Below, one piece after another: positions 42,389 through 53,011 of a stretch of DNA of 64,000 bases. The notes below the pieces were generated by a model that saw only the letters and a program-made list of their open reading frames with translations, ran no database searches and had not been told where the DNA came from. The translations under genes and the position numbers were made by a program. How positions within the stretch are numbered: the first letter of the stretch is position 1; every line of letters begins with the position of its first letter. The stretch is taken from contig JBDQPG010000002.1 in the NCBI GenBank assembly GCA_040260695.1, forward strand, positions 8,171 to 72,170, written 5' to 3'. Origin of the DNA: Synechococcus sp. SFB_27S_18OctNov_coas_78. GTDB lineage: Bacteria; Cyanobacteriota; Cyanobacteriia; PCC-6307; Cyanobiaceae.

Positions 42389-42810
42389 GGTTTGACGCTG
42401 GCCACCGGTGTGGCGATCAGCCAGCCGTGGCGTTCCAGGTAAAAGGCCCAGACAAGGTCGTCCCCCAGTCCAGGGCAGCGGTCAAAGGCGGCTTTGGCCA
42501 GATTTTCGGGGATCTCAAGCTGCTGCAACAGCTCCACCGCGTGGGATGCATCTTTGGCCACTGCACTGCGAATGGCGGAACCCACCACCCAGGTGAGTTG
42601 CGTGTCTTTGAGTTCGCCGCTGCTGCCTGAACAGGCCAAGAGCAAATTGGCAGGAGCGGTCTGCTGCTCAAACGTCTCTTGCCAAAGGGCGATGTTGTCG
42701 TCGAGCAGGTTGATGCGAAAGCAACCATCGCCAACCGGCAGATCAAGCTCACCGGCTGGGCCGGCTTGCTGCTGCAGGGCAGAAATTCTCGGATCAGCCA
42801 GCGCGCTCAT
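42385..42810 (-). CDS. Hypothetical protein of the rod region
   Basis: 141-aa ATG ORF, 4-nt overlap with aplA. Confidence 0.75.
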   Translation of the reverse strand: MSALADPRISALQQQAGPAGELDLPVGDGCFRINLLDDNIALWQETFEQQTAPANLLLACSGSSGELKDTQLTWVVGSAIRSAVAKDASHAVELLQQLEIPENLAKAAFDRCPGLGDDLVWAFYLERHGWLIATPVASVKP

Positions 42811-42829
42811 CGAGAACCATCTTCAAAAC

Positions 42830-43432
42830 TCAATGTAACCAGTGTTCCGGAATTTCCTCGCTCCAGTCACCGGTGCGTGTGAATCGAAATGCTCCCGCGA
42901 TCGAGCCCCATAGATGCTCATGGGTGTCCGGGTCGTAGCCCCGGTCGATGGTCTCCATCCCCTCGGGGTGGAGCACAAAGCTGCTCACCAGATAAGTGGT
43001 GCGGTCCTTGCGCTTTACCAGGCAGCGGCAGCCAGGTTCAACAGTGCCTTCGAAACCGTTGTCGGCGGCTGAAACGAGGTAGGTGCAGCCTTCAAGCAGA
43101 GAGAGATCGTCCTCTTTGATCTCGAGGATGCGCTCGGGATCCTCCACGGCACCGCCAAAGCGCTGGCCATCTTTGATGTTGAAGTTGAGGATCACCAAGC
43201 CCCGTTCAGGACAGATCCAGGGCCGCAGAATGCGGATGCGATAAGGCTCGTTCGGAGCGATGGCATAGGCCTGCTCCAGTAGCAGGGAACCTGGCGCCAG
43301 CTGAGGTGCCGGCCGGAACCGCACCAGGATGTGGGCGTAAAGGGGGGGGTTGTCGAAAGCCTGCTGCTGGTTGCTGAAGCTGCCGCTCAGCATCTTCAGC
43401 AGTGCGTTTCGAGACGCTGTTGGACTGCTCAT
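42830..43432 (-). CDS. cpcT: T-type lyase CpcT (PC beta Cys153)
   Basis: FSNQQQAFDNPPLYAHI, EQAY...PYR, VEPGCRC, DRGYDP, WGS. Confidence 0.82.
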   Translation of the reverse strand: MSSPTASRNALLKMLSGSFSNQQQAFDNPPLYAHILVRFRPAPQLAPGSLLLEQAYAIAPNEPYRIRILRPWICPERGLVILNFNIKDGQRFGGAVEDPERILEIKEDDLSLLEGCTYLVSAADNGFEGTVEPGCRCLVKRKDRTTYLVSSFVLHPEGMETIDRGYDPDTHEHLWGSIAGAFRFTRTGDWSEEIPEHWLH

Positions 43433-44085
43433 GGTGCTGGTGTTTCTGAGGCGCTTGTGGATTTCCGCTTGAGCAATCCCGTCAATGTGGCCAGAGCAAA
43501 CATCGCCAGCAGCGCCAATCCCAGGGTGAGGCTGGCACCCTGGGCAGCGCCCGCGCCGACGGCCACGAGGATTGAGTCGCTGATCAGCACGCTGATCAGC
43601 AGGGCCGGAGCGAAGAGGCGCCAGTGGGTGCGGCTGATCCCGATCGCATAGCTGAGGAAATCAAAAAGCCCGGTCATCAGCAGGCCTGTCATCAAAAAGA
43701 AGTTGCCTTCCAGCTGGTTCTTGCTGAAGCCATCGATGCGTTTCATCGCGCTGGCCCCCACCAGACGGCTCACCGGGCCGCGTCCCCAGCGGCGGGCGAT
43801 GAAGAAGGCCGCACTGCAGAACACCAGGTCCGACAGGATGATCGTGAGATAGCCCGCCTTGAAGCCCAGCAGCGAGCCGGCCAGTAGGGAATACACCGAA
43901 CTCGGCAGCGCCGGCAGGATGATGCTCACCCCCCGCAGCAGGAACAGGCCGAGTGGGGCCCAGATGCCCATGTCATTCACAGCGCTCTGCAGCGGTGCGA
44001 TGCCGTATTTCTGCAAATAAACGACGGCAACAATGAAGATGGCGACCCAGGCGCTGACCTTCAGCCCTGTCTTGAGCCTGGACAT
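43429..44085 (-). CDS. TVP38/TMEM64 (DedA superfamily) membrane protein
   Basis: Multiple TM segments, ILPALPS, LAGSLLG, FFIARRWG, FDFLSYAIG. Confidence 0.85.
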   Translation of the reverse strand: MSRLKTGLKVSAWVAIFIVAVVYLQKYGIAPLQSAVNDMGIWAPLGLFLLRGVSIILPALPSSVYSLLAGSLLGFKAGYLTIILSDLVFCSAAFFIARRWGRGPVSRLVGASAMKRIDGFSKNQLEGNFFLMTGLLMTGLFDFLSYAIGISRTHWRLFAPALLISVLISDSILVAVGAGAAQGASLTLGLALLAMFALATLTGLLKRKSTSASETPAP

Positions 44086-44150
44086 CTCTTCAATCGCTCG
44101 GAAGCCCTGGGGAATGTAGGCCAGTCGTGGCTTTTCCCAGGGCCGTGGAC

Positions 44151-44633
44151 ATGAAGCTCAGCATCGATACCATCAGCGAAATTTCTCAACACGAGGGCAG
44201 CCCGGTGACCAGCACCTCCCCGCGCACCGCGTTCGAGCAACAGCTGTGCACCCATTTGCTCAGCCTCAGTGAAGTGGTGGAAACGCTGGCGGACCGCTTG
44301 ATGGAGCTGGAGACGCGGTTGGCCGGCGTTGAGGGGCAGCAGTTGGTGGATGCGGAGATCGCCGCGGTCAGTGATGACGCCGGGGAACTACTCCTGGCCA
44401 GCGAAGAGAAGGTGCGGATGCTTCGGGATCGTCTGACGCCAGGCGAGGTAGTGGCTCTCCATGCTGATGCCCACGCCGAGGATGCTCCAGCAGTGGACGA
44501 TCACGAGGTCTCAGAAACCCCTGAAATGGAGATGGACGACGACCGAGTCGAAGACGAGGCCCTCAGTGAGGAGGCCATCAGCGATGACACGGAATATGTG
44601 GATGATCCCCAGATCGATCTGCTCTCCGCCTGA
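44151..44633 (+). CDS. Hypothetical coiled-coil protein with acidic tail
   Basis: ATG ORF; heptad helix followed by a D/E-rich tail ending YVDDPQIDLLSA. Confidence 0.75.
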   Translation: MKLSIDTISEISQHEGSPVTSTSPRTAFEQQLCTHLLSLSEVVETLADRLMELETRLAGVEGQQLVDAEIAAVSDDAGELLLASEEKVRMLRDRLTPGEVVALHADAHAEDAPAVDDHEVSETPEMEMDDDRVEDEALSEEAISDDTEYVDDPQIDLLSA

Positions 44634-44873
44634 TCAGGCCAGCTCCAGCAGTCGAATCCGGAACGCCGCCACCTGCCGTGCCATCTCGGGGGAACTGATC
44701 AGAAAGGGGTGATCGGCCATCGCTTCGAGTACAGCTTCGAGATGCTCCTCCTGGCTGAGCTCAGCTTTGTTGCTGCTTCGAAGTTGTTTCCAGGTGCGGT
44801 CGAACACCATGGCGAAGCTGTCCGCGTTGTCGAAAACGCGGTCTGTGCCTGCATCTGGAGAGATGAATGACAC
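44634..44873 (-). CDS. Small hypothetical protein next to tRNA-Phe
   Basis: 79-aa GTG ORF, FDNADSFAMVFD...DHPFL..SPEMARQVAAFRIRLL. Confidence 0.75.
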   Translation of the reverse strand: MSFISPDAGTDRVFDNADSFAMVFDRTWKQLRSSNKAELSQEEHLEAVLEAMADHPFLISSPEMARQVAAFRIRLLELA

Positions 44874-44895
44874 GGCAGTTTTGGCATCAAAGTGA

Positions 44896-44968
44896 TGCCA
44901 GGACCCAGATTTGAACTGGGGACACGGCGATTTTCAGTCGCCTGCTCTACCAACTGAGCTATCCCGGC
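44896..44968 (-). tRNA. tRNA-Phe(GAA)
   Basis: Reverse complement GCCGGGATAGCTCAGTTGGTAGAGCAGGCGACTGAAAATCGCC...GTTCAAAT...CCTGGCA. Confidence 0.97.
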
Positions 44969-44998
44969 TTGTCGCTTTCGCGACTTTGGAATCTTAAA

Positions 44999-45670
44999 TC
45001 ACCGACCGTGGCGATTTGTTGGAGTTCGTGCCAAACAAATGACTCCTCCGACCCGATGTCCGGCTTGGTGCAGGGCATGACGAGCCGCTAGGGCTGTTGC
45101 ACCTGTCGTCAGTATGTCGTCAATGAGCCAAAGCTCCCTTTGCGATTCAAGCGATGTCGGCGGGAGTGTGGCTGCTTGAAAGGCACCCTGAAGATTCCGC
45201 ATGCGCATGGTCCGATTGAGATGGTGCTGACCGAGGCCAGCCCGGGTTCGGCGCAGAAGCATGGTGTTGGGTCGTCCAAGACCCTCTGCAATCAGCTTGG
45301 GAAGAGGGTTGGCTCGTTTTCTTTTCCAGCTTGGAATGGGCACCAACAAAGCGTCATGGGGGAGGACGTGTTGTTGCGCAAGGAGTTGAATTAAGGCACT
45401 ACAACAACGGCCTTGAGGCTGGTGTTTCACCTTCAGAACGAGTTTTCGAAACCGTCCTTCGTAGTTGCCGAGAGCTTTCCATGGGAGAGGCGTATCCCCC
45501 ACGGGGTTGAACGGCCCTAGGCCGTAACCCTCGATGCAGTCGTCACAGGGATGAACAACGCCACCGGGGGTGGTGATAGGCGGCACTCGGTCGTCGATGC
45601 ATGATCGACAGATCGGGCAGGACGGTTGGATCAGAAGTGTGTGGGCAGCCTTCAGGAGTGCATGCAACAC
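44999..45670 (-). CDS. comF: ComF-family competence phosphoribosyltransferase-like protein
   Basis: N-terminal CPIC...CDDC zinc finger, LVPIP, QHHL, LIDDILTTGAT. Confidence 0.88.
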   Translation of the reverse strand: MLHALLKAAHTLLIQPSCPICRSCIDDRVPPITTPGGVVHPCDDCIEGYGLGPFNPVGDTPLPWKALGNYEGRFRKLVLKVKHQPQGRCCSALIQLLAQQHVLPHDALLVPIPSWKRKRANPLPKLIAEGLGRPNTMLLRRTRAGLGQHHLNRTMRMRNLQGAFQAATLPPTSLESQRELWLIDDILTTGATALAARHALHQAGHRVGGVICLARTPTNRHGR

Positions 45671-45705
45671 AGTTGGTCAGACGGTGACCACAAGTGTTCC
45701 CCGAG

Positions 45706-45975
45706 TCAGGCTTTTGGCATGGCCCGCAACATGGCAACTAAGGTTTTGTGGGCATCTTCACTGTCGGTGAGGGTGTGATCAAAGGGGATGCGCAGACTGC
45801 TCCCATCGACTTCTAATTCCATGGAATTCGGCATCACCGCAACCATCCGAGCTGATCCAGGGGCGTCAATGCCGCCGTAATGGCGGGCGTAATCCAAAAC
45901 AGCCTCAGCATGATCGTCGTTCATGTGCTTACAAATTCTTGTACTCACTTCGGTCGTAAGGGGATCAGCGGCCAT
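45706..45975 (-). CDS. DUF2470 (heme-utilisation-associated) protein
   Basis: RICKHMNDDH..AV..YA, IPFDH. Confidence 0.82.
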   Translation of the reverse strand: MAADPLTTEVSTRICKHMNDDHAEAVLDYARHYGGIDAPGSARMVAVMPNSMELEVDGSSLRIPFDHTLTDSEDAHKTLVAMLRAMPKA

Positions 45976-46016
45976 TCGAAACACTGCTACGCCTCATAAC
46001 TCTGACAGCGCTTGGT

Positions 46017-46130
46017 TCATGCGAACCGTTCCCAAAGAAGAAGTCCAAGCCTGATCGCACTAAATCCAACGTATCCAGCCAGAACAACGAAAAGGCCCAC
46101 AGCCAAAATCTCGCGCAGGTTTGTGGGCAT
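46017..46130 (-). CDS. 37-aa single-TM small protein (not in the ORF track)
   Basis: MPTNLREILAVGLFVVLAGYVGFSAIRLGLLLWERFA; ATG overlaps the upstream kinase stop (TAATG). Confidence 0.7.
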   Translation of the reverse strand: MPTNLREILAVGLFVVLAGYVGFSAIRLGLLLWERFA

Positions 46131-47392
46131 TAATCCTTTGAATCACCTTTCAATTCTCTCCCCTCTAAGGCCCCTAGGGCTAAACGAGCGACACCTGCAG
46201 CAGGTGGCTGATGGCAACTGATCACTGGGCAGCCCAAGCGACGTTCCCGAAGTCGACGCCACTGGGGGTTTCGTGCACCACCTCCAATGCTGATGACTCG
46301 TTTTGGAGGGTCAGCCCCCAAGTCCACCAAGGTTTGCCAGCCCTGCGCTTCGATCTCCGATAGCCCCTCCAGTAGCCCATGGAGGTACAGCGCATCGCTC
46401 ACGGGACGGGGCTCGAGAACAGGCTGCAACGTTGGATCGTCGACTGGAAACCGATCTCCGCTTCGCGGAAGCGGTCGCAACCGCAATCCACTTGTCGTGT
46501 CTGGATTGATTTGACGGCTCAGCTCACTGAGCTGATCATTGCTGAAAAATTGTTGCAAGACCCCTGCACCCGCATTCGATGCACCACCCGAAAGCCAACG
46601 TCCGCCTACCCGGTGGCAAGTCACGCCAGGCCCCTGGATCGGTCGTCGTGTATAGCGCTTCAACACCAAGGTGGTTCCTAGCACTGTGATCCCGTCATCG
46701 TTCCCAGGATCGGTGGCAAGAACCGCAGCATTGGAATCCGTTGTACCAGCCACTATTTGAAGATCGCTGGGTAAGCCGAGTTCCTTCGCACGGCGTTCGG
46801 AGATCTGGCCAAGTTGCTCTCCACTGGCGCGAATGACGGGTAGGCGCTGGCTCCACGGTGCCTGGGTGAGTAGCGCTGGCCAGCATTCGCGTTCCAAGTT
46901 CCACCCAAGCCGCAGATTGTTCCCTTCTTCGCCCCAAGTCCAATCCCCCAAAAACCATCCATGGATCCAGTCCGCCTGATGACGAAGGAGGGTCGTTGGT
47001 CCATATAACTCCGTGAGTTGCAGCGCCCGCGCGAGGCTTCCACTGTTACTGGAAGCTGGTCCACCTTGGGGAACAAGCTGCTGCAGCTGCTTCTCAAAGC
47101 CGTGGCAAGCCTCTGAATACAGGAGCGCCTCGCCTTGAGCGCGTCCCTTTAAATCACAGGCGAGCAAGGTGCCTGATGTGCCATCAACAGCCAATGCTCG
47201 AATGTTGGCCCGCTGTTCTGCAGGGATTCCCGCAATCAACGTGGTGCAGGCCCGCGTCCAGTCATCGGGCCTATGAAGTCCAACGTTGTATGGGGTCGAA
47301 TTCGAGAACCGGATGACGTGCCCGGGATCCATTACAGCGATGCGTACGCCACTGGTGCCCAGATCGATTCCGAGCACCAGGGATGTCATCAC
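46130..47392 (-). CDS. FGGY-family carbohydrate kinase
   Basis: GIDLGTSG, VDGTSGT, GTTDSNAA, GGASNAG, GGGARNP. Confidence 0.9.
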   Translation of the reverse strand: MMTSLVLGIDLGTSGVRIAVMDPGHVIRFSNSTPYNVGLHRPDDWTRACTTLIAGIPAEQRANIRALAVDGTSGTLLACDLKGRAQGEALLYSEACHGFEKQLQQLVPQGGPASSNSGSLARALQLTELYGPTTLLRHQADWIHGWFLGDWTWGEEGNNLRLGWNLERECWPALLTQAPWSQRLPVIRASGEQLGQISERRAKELGLPSDLQIVAGTTDSNAAVLATDPGNDDGITVLGTTLVLKRYTRRPIQGPGVTCHRVGGRWLSGGASNAGAGVLQQFFSNDQLSELSRQINPDTTSGLRLRPLPRSGDRFPVDDPTLQPVLEPRPVSDALYLHGLLEGLSEIEAQGWQTLVDLGADPPKRVISIGGGARNPQWRRLRERRLGCPVISCHQPPAAGVARLALGALEGRELKGDSKD

Positions 47393-47396
47393 TCAA

Positions 47397-48623
47397 TCAG
47401 GCCTTTCGCAGTTCATCGGCCTTGGCCGCCACATCTTCCCAAGGGAGATTGAGGTCGTTTCGGCCGAAATGACCGTAGGCCGCAGTGTTTTGGTAGAAGC
47501 GACCACCCCGCTCCTGAGGCAGATTGCGGAGTCCGAAGTTCTCGATGATCGCGCCAGGGCGCAGGTCGAAATGCTGTTGAACCAGAGCCGTGAGGTCTTC
47601 GTTCGACACCGTTCCTGTGCCGAACGATTCCACCAAAATCGAAACGGGCTTGGCCACACCGATGGCATAACTCAGTTGCACTTCGGCACGGCCGGCTAAA
47701 CCTGATGCCACAAGAGCTTTCGCGACAAAGCGGGCGGCATAGGCAGCGGAACGATCCACCTTGGTGGGATCTTTGCCCGAGAAGGCACCACCGCCGTGGC
47801 GTGCATAGCCGCCATAGGTGTCAACGATGATCTTGCGTCCGGTTAAACCCGCATCTCCCTGAGGTCCACCGACAACGAATTTGCCGGTCGGGTTCACCAA
47901 GTACTTGGTGGCCTCCCGGCTGGGTTTCAGACTGAGATCTGCAGTGGCGGGCTCGACGACGTGGGTCCAGAGATCTTCTGTGATGCGCTCTCGGATGCCC
48001 TGCTCATCACTCATTCCACCCACTTCTGCGGTGTGTTGGGTTGAGATCAGAATCGTGTCGATCGCAACGGGTTGGTCGTTTTCGTAAACCACGCTCACTT
48101 GGGTCTTGCCGTCGGGCAAGAGATAGTCGAGCGTTCCGTTGTGACGAACTTCAGCAAGTTGACGGGCCAAACGGTGCGCCAGGCTGATCGGGAGCGGCAT
48201 CAGCTCCGGGGTTTCGTTGCAGGCGTAGCCAAACATGATGCCCTGGTCTCCCGCGCCGACCAAGTCCAGCGGGTCGCCAGCATGGTCATCAGCCTCATTG
48301 ACACCCTGGGCAATATCAGGTGACTGCTGATCGAGGGCGACTAAAACAGCGCAGCTGTTGGAATCAAATCCACCCGCCCGAGCACCACTGTAGCCAATCT
48401 CTTTGATCACGTCACGAACGAGGTGAATGAAGTCCACCTTCGCCTTGGAGGTCACCTCACCGGTGATCATGCAAAGCCCAGTATTGACAACGGTCTCGCA
48501 GGCCACACGGCTCGCTGGATCCTGTGCCAGTAAGGCATCGAGAACTGCGTCACTTACTTGATCGCAGATTTTGTCTGGATGCCCTTCGGTAACGGATTCC
48601 GAGGTGAAGACGTAACGACTCAT
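47397..48623 (-). CDS. metK: S-adenosylmethionine synthetase
   Basis: [34 protein letters not shown]. Confidence 0.99.
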   Translation of the reverse strand: MSRYVFTSESVTEGHPDKICDQVSDAVLDALLAQDPASRVACETVVNTGLCMITGEVTSKAKVDFIHLVRDVIKEIGYSGARAGGFDSNSCAVLVALDQQSPDIAQGVNEADDHAGDPLDLVGAGDQGIMFGYACNETPELMPLPISLAHRLARQLAEVRHNGTLDYLLPDGKTQVSVVYENDQPVAIDTILISTQHTAEVGGMSDEQGIRERITEDLWTHVVEPATADLSLKPSREATKYLVNPTGKFVVGGPQGDAGLTGRKIIVDTYGGYARHGGGAFSGKDPTKVDRSAAYAARFVAKALVASGLAGRAEVQLSYAIGVAKPVSILVESFGTGTVSNEDLTALVQQHFDLRPGAIIENFGLRNLPQERGGRFYQNTAAYGHFGRNDLNLPWEDVAAKADELRKA

Positions 48624-48647
48624 GCAGATAGATGTCTTGGGGGGACT

Positions 48648-49421
48648 TTACGGGTCGGCTTCCAGTTGAAGCTCATTCCAATGTTCAAATTGATGCTCGG
48701 TGGTCGATAAGTCTGGGCGTATTTGCCATCCGCCCAGATAACCGAGCACGCAGCCGACACCCGCATCCTGCGCCATTTGAAGGTCGGTTTCCGCATCTCC
48801 GATCAACGCACATTGTTGCGGTGCAAGTTGCATGCGCTTGCACAACTGATGCACCGCCTCCGGGTTTGGCTTCCTGGGTTGATCGTCAGCACTCCAACAA
48901 TCGACCACTAGAGAGCTGATGTTTTGGTGGTCTAGAAATGCATGAATTCCTTTTGTTGTGTCGTTGCTGATCACAGCGCTGGGAATCGATGCTGCCGTCA
49001 GTTCTTCCAGGAACGTCTTGGCACCGTCGAGGAGTGGACGGGATGTTGCGTCGTCGCTGACTTGTTGATCGATTCGTTCGAAACACGTTTCGGCCAGGGC
49101 GAGGGCTTCGGGCCAGCTGCAACCAAAAATGCAGAACACCGTGGCTGTTGAGGTGAGGTTGTCTTGGCGTGCAGCAACCGCCAGGGTTCCGCCTGGATGG
49201 AGTGCTTTGTCACGAATCCCAAAGGCTTGCCGGAGTGTGATGTCGAGTTCACCGAGATGCTCAGCACCTTTGGCGTCTCGCCAGAGATCGCTAATCACAG
49301 TCATCCTTCGCTCGAATAGTTCGAGGAGGTGTGGCTCGCTATGGGAAAGGGTGCCGTCCTTGTCGAACAGCACCCCGTGAATGGAGCCGATGGGTTGTCC
49401 CCTCAGCAGCAATGTGGCCAT
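48648..49421 (-). CDS. HAD-family hydrolase
   Basis: FDKDGTL, SND, KPNP, IGDAETD. Confidence 0.9.
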   Translation of the reverse strand: MATLLLRGQPIGSIHGVLFDKDGTLSHSEPHLLELFERRMTVISDLWRDAKGAEHLGELDITLRQAFGIRDKALHPGGTLAVAARQDNLTSTATVFCIFGCSWPEALALAETCFERIDQQVSDDATSRPLLDGAKTFLEELTAASIPSAVISNDTTKGIHAFLDHQNISSLVVDCWSADDQPRKPNPEAVHQLCKRMQLAPQQCALIGDAETDLQMAQDAGVGCVLGYLGGWQIRPDLSTTEHQFEHWNELQLEADP

Positions 49422-49428
49422 GGATGGC

Positions 49429-50532
49429 TCAAATCATCATTGATGCGATGGGCTCTTCTCCTTCCTCAGCCTGCTCTTGAAGCATTTGCTTGTAGCGAGC
49501 AGCCATTTCCTCAGCTTTTTCAAACACTTTCTGAGGATCGGTGAGCATGTCACCGGGTTCCGGCTCCAGCGCTTTGGTGGAGAGGGAAATACGGCCTCGT
49601 TCAGCGTCCAAGTCAATGATCATGACCTTCATCTGATCGTTCACATTGAGCACTGAGTGGGGCGTCTCAATGTGCTCATGGCTGATTTCAGAGATGTGCA
49701 GCAATCCACTGACACCGCCGATATCGATAAAGGCTCCATAGGGCTTGATCCCGCGGACGGTGCCGACCACCACTTCGCCAACTTCCAAGCGATTCATCTT
49801 GCGCTCAACCAGAGCACGGCGATGGCTCAAGACCAGGCGGTTGCGCTCTTCATCCACCTCAAGAAATTTGAGTGGGAGGAAGTCGGCAACCAACTCCTCT
49901 TTTGGTTTGCGCGTGCTGATGTGGGAGCCAGGGATGAATCCGCGCAATCCTTCAACTCTTACGAGTGCACCACCACGGTTGGTGGCAAAAACCTCGGAGT
50001 AGATCGTGGCGTCTTCTTTCTGAAGCTGACGGACCCGTTCCCAGGCCCGCTGATATTCGATCCGTCGGATCGAAAGCGCGAGCTGACCGTCTTCATTCTC
50101 TTCACTCATGATGAAGAACTCACGGATCTCACCAGGTAGGAGCACATCGCTTAGACCCTCAACCCGGTTGATCGACACCTCTTGGAGGGGCATGAATGCG
50201 GCGGTTTTGGCGCCAATATCAATCATTGCGCCCTTGGATTCCAGCGCAAACACAGTCCCGTTGACGATGTCTCCGGGCTTGAAGTTGTAGTCGTACTTGC
50301 TAAGAAGGGCCGCGAATTCATCAATGGTGAATCCGGCATCCTCGAGGTTGTTCCGGTTTGCTCTGCTGCTGGGGTCGTCAGCGGTCGGAACGTCTTCGGG
50401 AATGCCCAGATCCTCCGCTTCAAAGGCTTGTTCAGCTGTAAGGGCAGCAGCTTCTGCGATGGCAGGTGCTTCTTCCGCTGGTGCTGCGGTGCTGATGTCT
50501 GGAGTTTGCTCTTCTGTGGGCGTCGCGGCCAT
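49429..50532 (-). CDS. rpsA: 30S ribosomal protein S1
   Basis: Three S1 domains: IDIGAKTAAF, NRGGALV..GLRGFIPGSH, PYGAFIDIGGVSGLLHISEIS. Confidence 0.96.
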   Translation of the reverse strand: MAATPTEEQTPDISTAAPAEEAPAIAEAAALTAEQAFEAEDLGIPEDVPTADDPSSRANRNNLEDAGFTIDEFAALLSKYDYNFKPGDIVNGTVFALESKGAMIDIGAKTAAFMPLQEVSINRVEGLSDVLLPGEIREFFIMSEENEDGQLALSIRRIEYQRAWERVRQLQKEDATIYSEVFATNRGGALVRVEGLRGFIPGSHISTRKPKEELVADFLPLKFLEVDEERNRLVLSHRRALVERKMNRLEVGEVVVGTVRGIKPYGAFIDIGGVSGLLHISEISHEHIETPHSVLNVNDQMKVMIIDLDAERGRISLSTKALEPEPGDMLTDPQKVFEKAEEMAARYKQMLQEQAEEGEEPIASMMI

Positions 50533-50644
50533 GGGGGGGTGGCGGTCTACCTCAGGTGGGTAGTACGAAGGATTCACGTCCAACGCCCGCCGACGTTGTA
50601 CGGAGAATGTGTGACTCTACAGATGAACGAGCATTGCTCCTGCT

Positions 50645-51121
50645 TTACCGGACAGCGGCGAGATGACCTTGCTCTGTGTTCATCGATTCGAGCGTGGATA
50701 CAAAATCGTCAATCCCTCGAAATTGTCGGTAAACCGAGGCGAAACGGATGTAGGCGACTTCACTAATTTGTTTGAGTTCTTTTAAAACGAGTTCTCCGAT
50801 TTCCGAGCTGGCAACTTCTTTGGCTGTGCGTTGCTGCAAATGAAGTTCCAGATTTTCGACCATCTTTTCAAGACGTGCGGCATCGAGTCCGGTTTTGTCG
50901 CAAGCACGGCTCAAGCCGTGAAGAACTTTGCTTCGACTAAAGAGTTCTCTGCATCCATCACGTTTGATCACTGTGATCGGAACGGTTTCGACCCGTTCAT
51001 AGGTGGTGAACCGAAAATCACAATTGAGACACTCTCGACGACGACGCACGCTGCGCCCACCATCGGCAGCTCTGGATTCCAGAACTCGGCTATCGGTGTT
51101 TTGGCAGGAAGGGCACTGCAC
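50645..51121 (-). CDS. nrdR: Transcriptional repressor NrdR
   Basis: [38 protein letters not shown]. Confidence 0.97.
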   Translation of the reverse strand: MQCPSCQNTDSRVLESRAADGGRSVRRRRECLNCDFRFTTYERVETVPITVIKRDGCRELFSRSKVLHGLSRACDKTGLDAARLEKMVENLELHLQQRTAKEVASSEIGELVLKELKQISEVAYIRFASVYRQFRGIDDFVSTLESMNTEQGHLAAVR

Positions 51122-51298
51122 GCCCGATCAAGATCAAATATGCAACAACTTTAAGCATTGATTAGTCACTTGGAAAGGGTGATGGAGTGATATCTATTTT
51201 TTTCGCCACGACTCGTCCGAAGAATGGAACTGATTTGTTCGAGTTGTAATCACTCCCTGATGGCAACGTTGCCTGTTTGGGCTGTTCGAAAAAGCATG

Positions 51299-51323
51299 AA
51301 AAAACCCCGCCGAAGCGGGGTTT
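51299..51323 (-). terminator. Rho-independent terminator after psbB-psbT
   Basis: Minus strand AAACCCCGC-TTCG-GCGGGGTTT followed by TTT. Confidence 0.9.
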
Positions 51324-51334
51324 GGTTGGCTGGA

Positions 51335-51430
51335 TTACTTTCCGATCTTTGGTGGATCGCGGAAGGCGATAGCAAAGAACAAAGTGGCAATCGCAAAGGT
51401 GAGGATGAGGACGTAAGCGAAGCTTTCCAT
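51335..51430 (-). CDS. psbT: Photosystem II protein T (not in the ORF track)
   Basis: Manual translation [31 protein letters not shown]; downstream of psbB. Confidence 0.97.
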   Translation of the reverse strand: MESFAYVLILTFAIATLFFAIAFRDPPKIGK

Positions 51431-51451
51431 CTGGGGTTACCTAGGAGGCGA

Positions 51452-53011
51452 TCAGTTGAGTGGCGTTCCTGCTGGGGGCACGTAGCCCTCTGGCAGACGA
51501 CGTGTTGTCTTGTCGCCCAGCTTGGCGAACAGGCCGAATTCCACCTGGTCTCCGAGGTCTGGATCGATACCAGCGAACACATCGCGGTACAGGGTGCGAG
51601 CCCCATGCCAGATGTGACCGAAGAAGAAGAGCAGCGCGAAGGTGGCATGGCCGAATGTGAACCAACCGCGCGGTGAGCTGCGGAAGACACCATCAGAGTT
51701 GTAGGTCTCGCGATCGAAATCGAACGATTCACCCAACTGGGACTTACGGGCCAAACGTTTGACGTCAGCTGGATCAGTGAATTTCTGACCATTCAAAGCA
51801 CCACCGAACACCTGAGCGGTTACACCCTGTTGTTCGAAGGAGTACTTCGCTTCCGCCCGACGGAATGGAATGTCAGCACGAACAATGCCTTGTTCGTCTT
51901 CCAGGATCACGGGGAAGTTCTCGAAGAAGTTTGGTAGACGACGAACTTGGAGTTCGCGACCGTTGCTGTCTGTGAACACAACGTGACCAAGCCAAGAGGT
52001 AGCAAGGCCATCGCCATTCACCATTGGGCCAACTCGGAACAGGCCACCCTTTGCGGGACTGTTGCCCACATAGTCGTAGAAGGCCAGCTTTTCAGGAATG
52101 GAAGCAAAAGCTTCTTCCCGACTAGCGCCATCGTCCATCGCTGTTTGGACACGACGGTTAATTTCCGTCTTGAAGTAGCTCTGGTCCCACTGATAGCGAG
52201 TGGGGCCAAACAGCTCAACTGGGGTTGCAGCAGAGCCATACCACATCGTTCCTGCAACGATGAAAGCAGCAAAGAAAACGGCTGCGATAGCACTCGCTAA
52301 AACTGTTTCAATATTTCCCATCCGGAGCGCTTTGTAGAGACGCTCAGGCGGACGAGTCGTGATGTGGAAAATACCGGCGATGATGCCAACAATTCCCGCT
52401 GCAATGTGGTGCGCAACGATGCCACCGGGATTAAAGGGGTTGAAGCCTTCTGGGCCCCAAGACGGTTGAACTGCTTCAAGGTGGCCGGTGATCCCATAGG
52501 GATCGGAGATCCACATGCCTGGACCAAAAACTCCTGTGAGATGGAAGGCTCCAAATCCGAAGCAGCCGAGGCCAGCTAGAAGCAGGTGGATGCCAAAAAT
52601 CTTGGGTAAATCAAGTGCTGGCTCTCCGGTTCTGGGGTCCTGCCAGATCTCAAGATCCCAGTAGGTCCAGTGCCAGATGGCGGCCAGCATCAACAGGCCA
52701 GAAAAAATGATGTGGGCGGCAGCAACACCTTCGAAGCTCCAAAAACCGGGGTCAACCCCGGTTTCGCCGGTAATGCTCCAACCACCCCAACTCCCGGTAA
52801 CTCCCAGGCGTGACATGAAGGGCATCACAAACATGCCCTGACGCCACATGGGGTTCAGGACAGCGTCGGACGGATCGAAAATGGCTAATTCGTACAGAGC
52901 CATGGAGCCGGCCCAGCCGGCAACGAGGGCTGTATGCATGAGGTGCACAGCCAAAAGGCGACCCGGGTCATTGATGACGACGGTGTGCACCCGATACCAG
53001 GGCAATCCCAT
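51452..53011 (-). CDS. psbB: Photosystem II CP47
   Basis: [36 protein letters not shown]. Confidence 0.99.
   Translation of the reverse strand: MGLPWYRVHTVVINDPGRLLAVHLMHTALVAGWAGSMALYELAIFDPSDAVLNPMWRQGMFVMPFMSRLGVTGSWGGWSITGETGVDPGFWSFEGVAAAHIIFSGLLMLAAIWHWTYWDLEIWQDPRTGEPALDLPKIFGIHLLLAGLGCFGFGAFHLTGVFGPGMWISDPYGITGHLEAVQPSWGPEGFNPFNPGGIVAHHIAAGIVGIIAGIFHITTRPPERLYKALRMGNIETVLASAIAAVFFAAFIVAGTMWYGSAATPVELFGPTRYQWDQSYFKTEINRRVQTAMDDGASREEAFASIPEKLAFYDYVGNSPAKGGLFRVGPMVNGDGLATSWLGHVVFTDSNGRELQVRRLPNFFENFPVILEDEQGIVRADIPFRRAEAKYSFEQQGVTAQVFGGALNGQKFTDPADVKRLARKSQLGESFDFDRETYNSDGVFRSSPRGWFTFGHATFALLFFFGHIWHGARTLYRDVFAGIDPDLGDQVEFGLFAKLGDKTTRRLPEGYVPPAGTPLN

Noticed and set aside
44699-44953. 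84-aa ORF overlapping tRNA-Phe
   Set aside because: Translation of the tRNA gene and an alternate frame of the neighbouring CDS.
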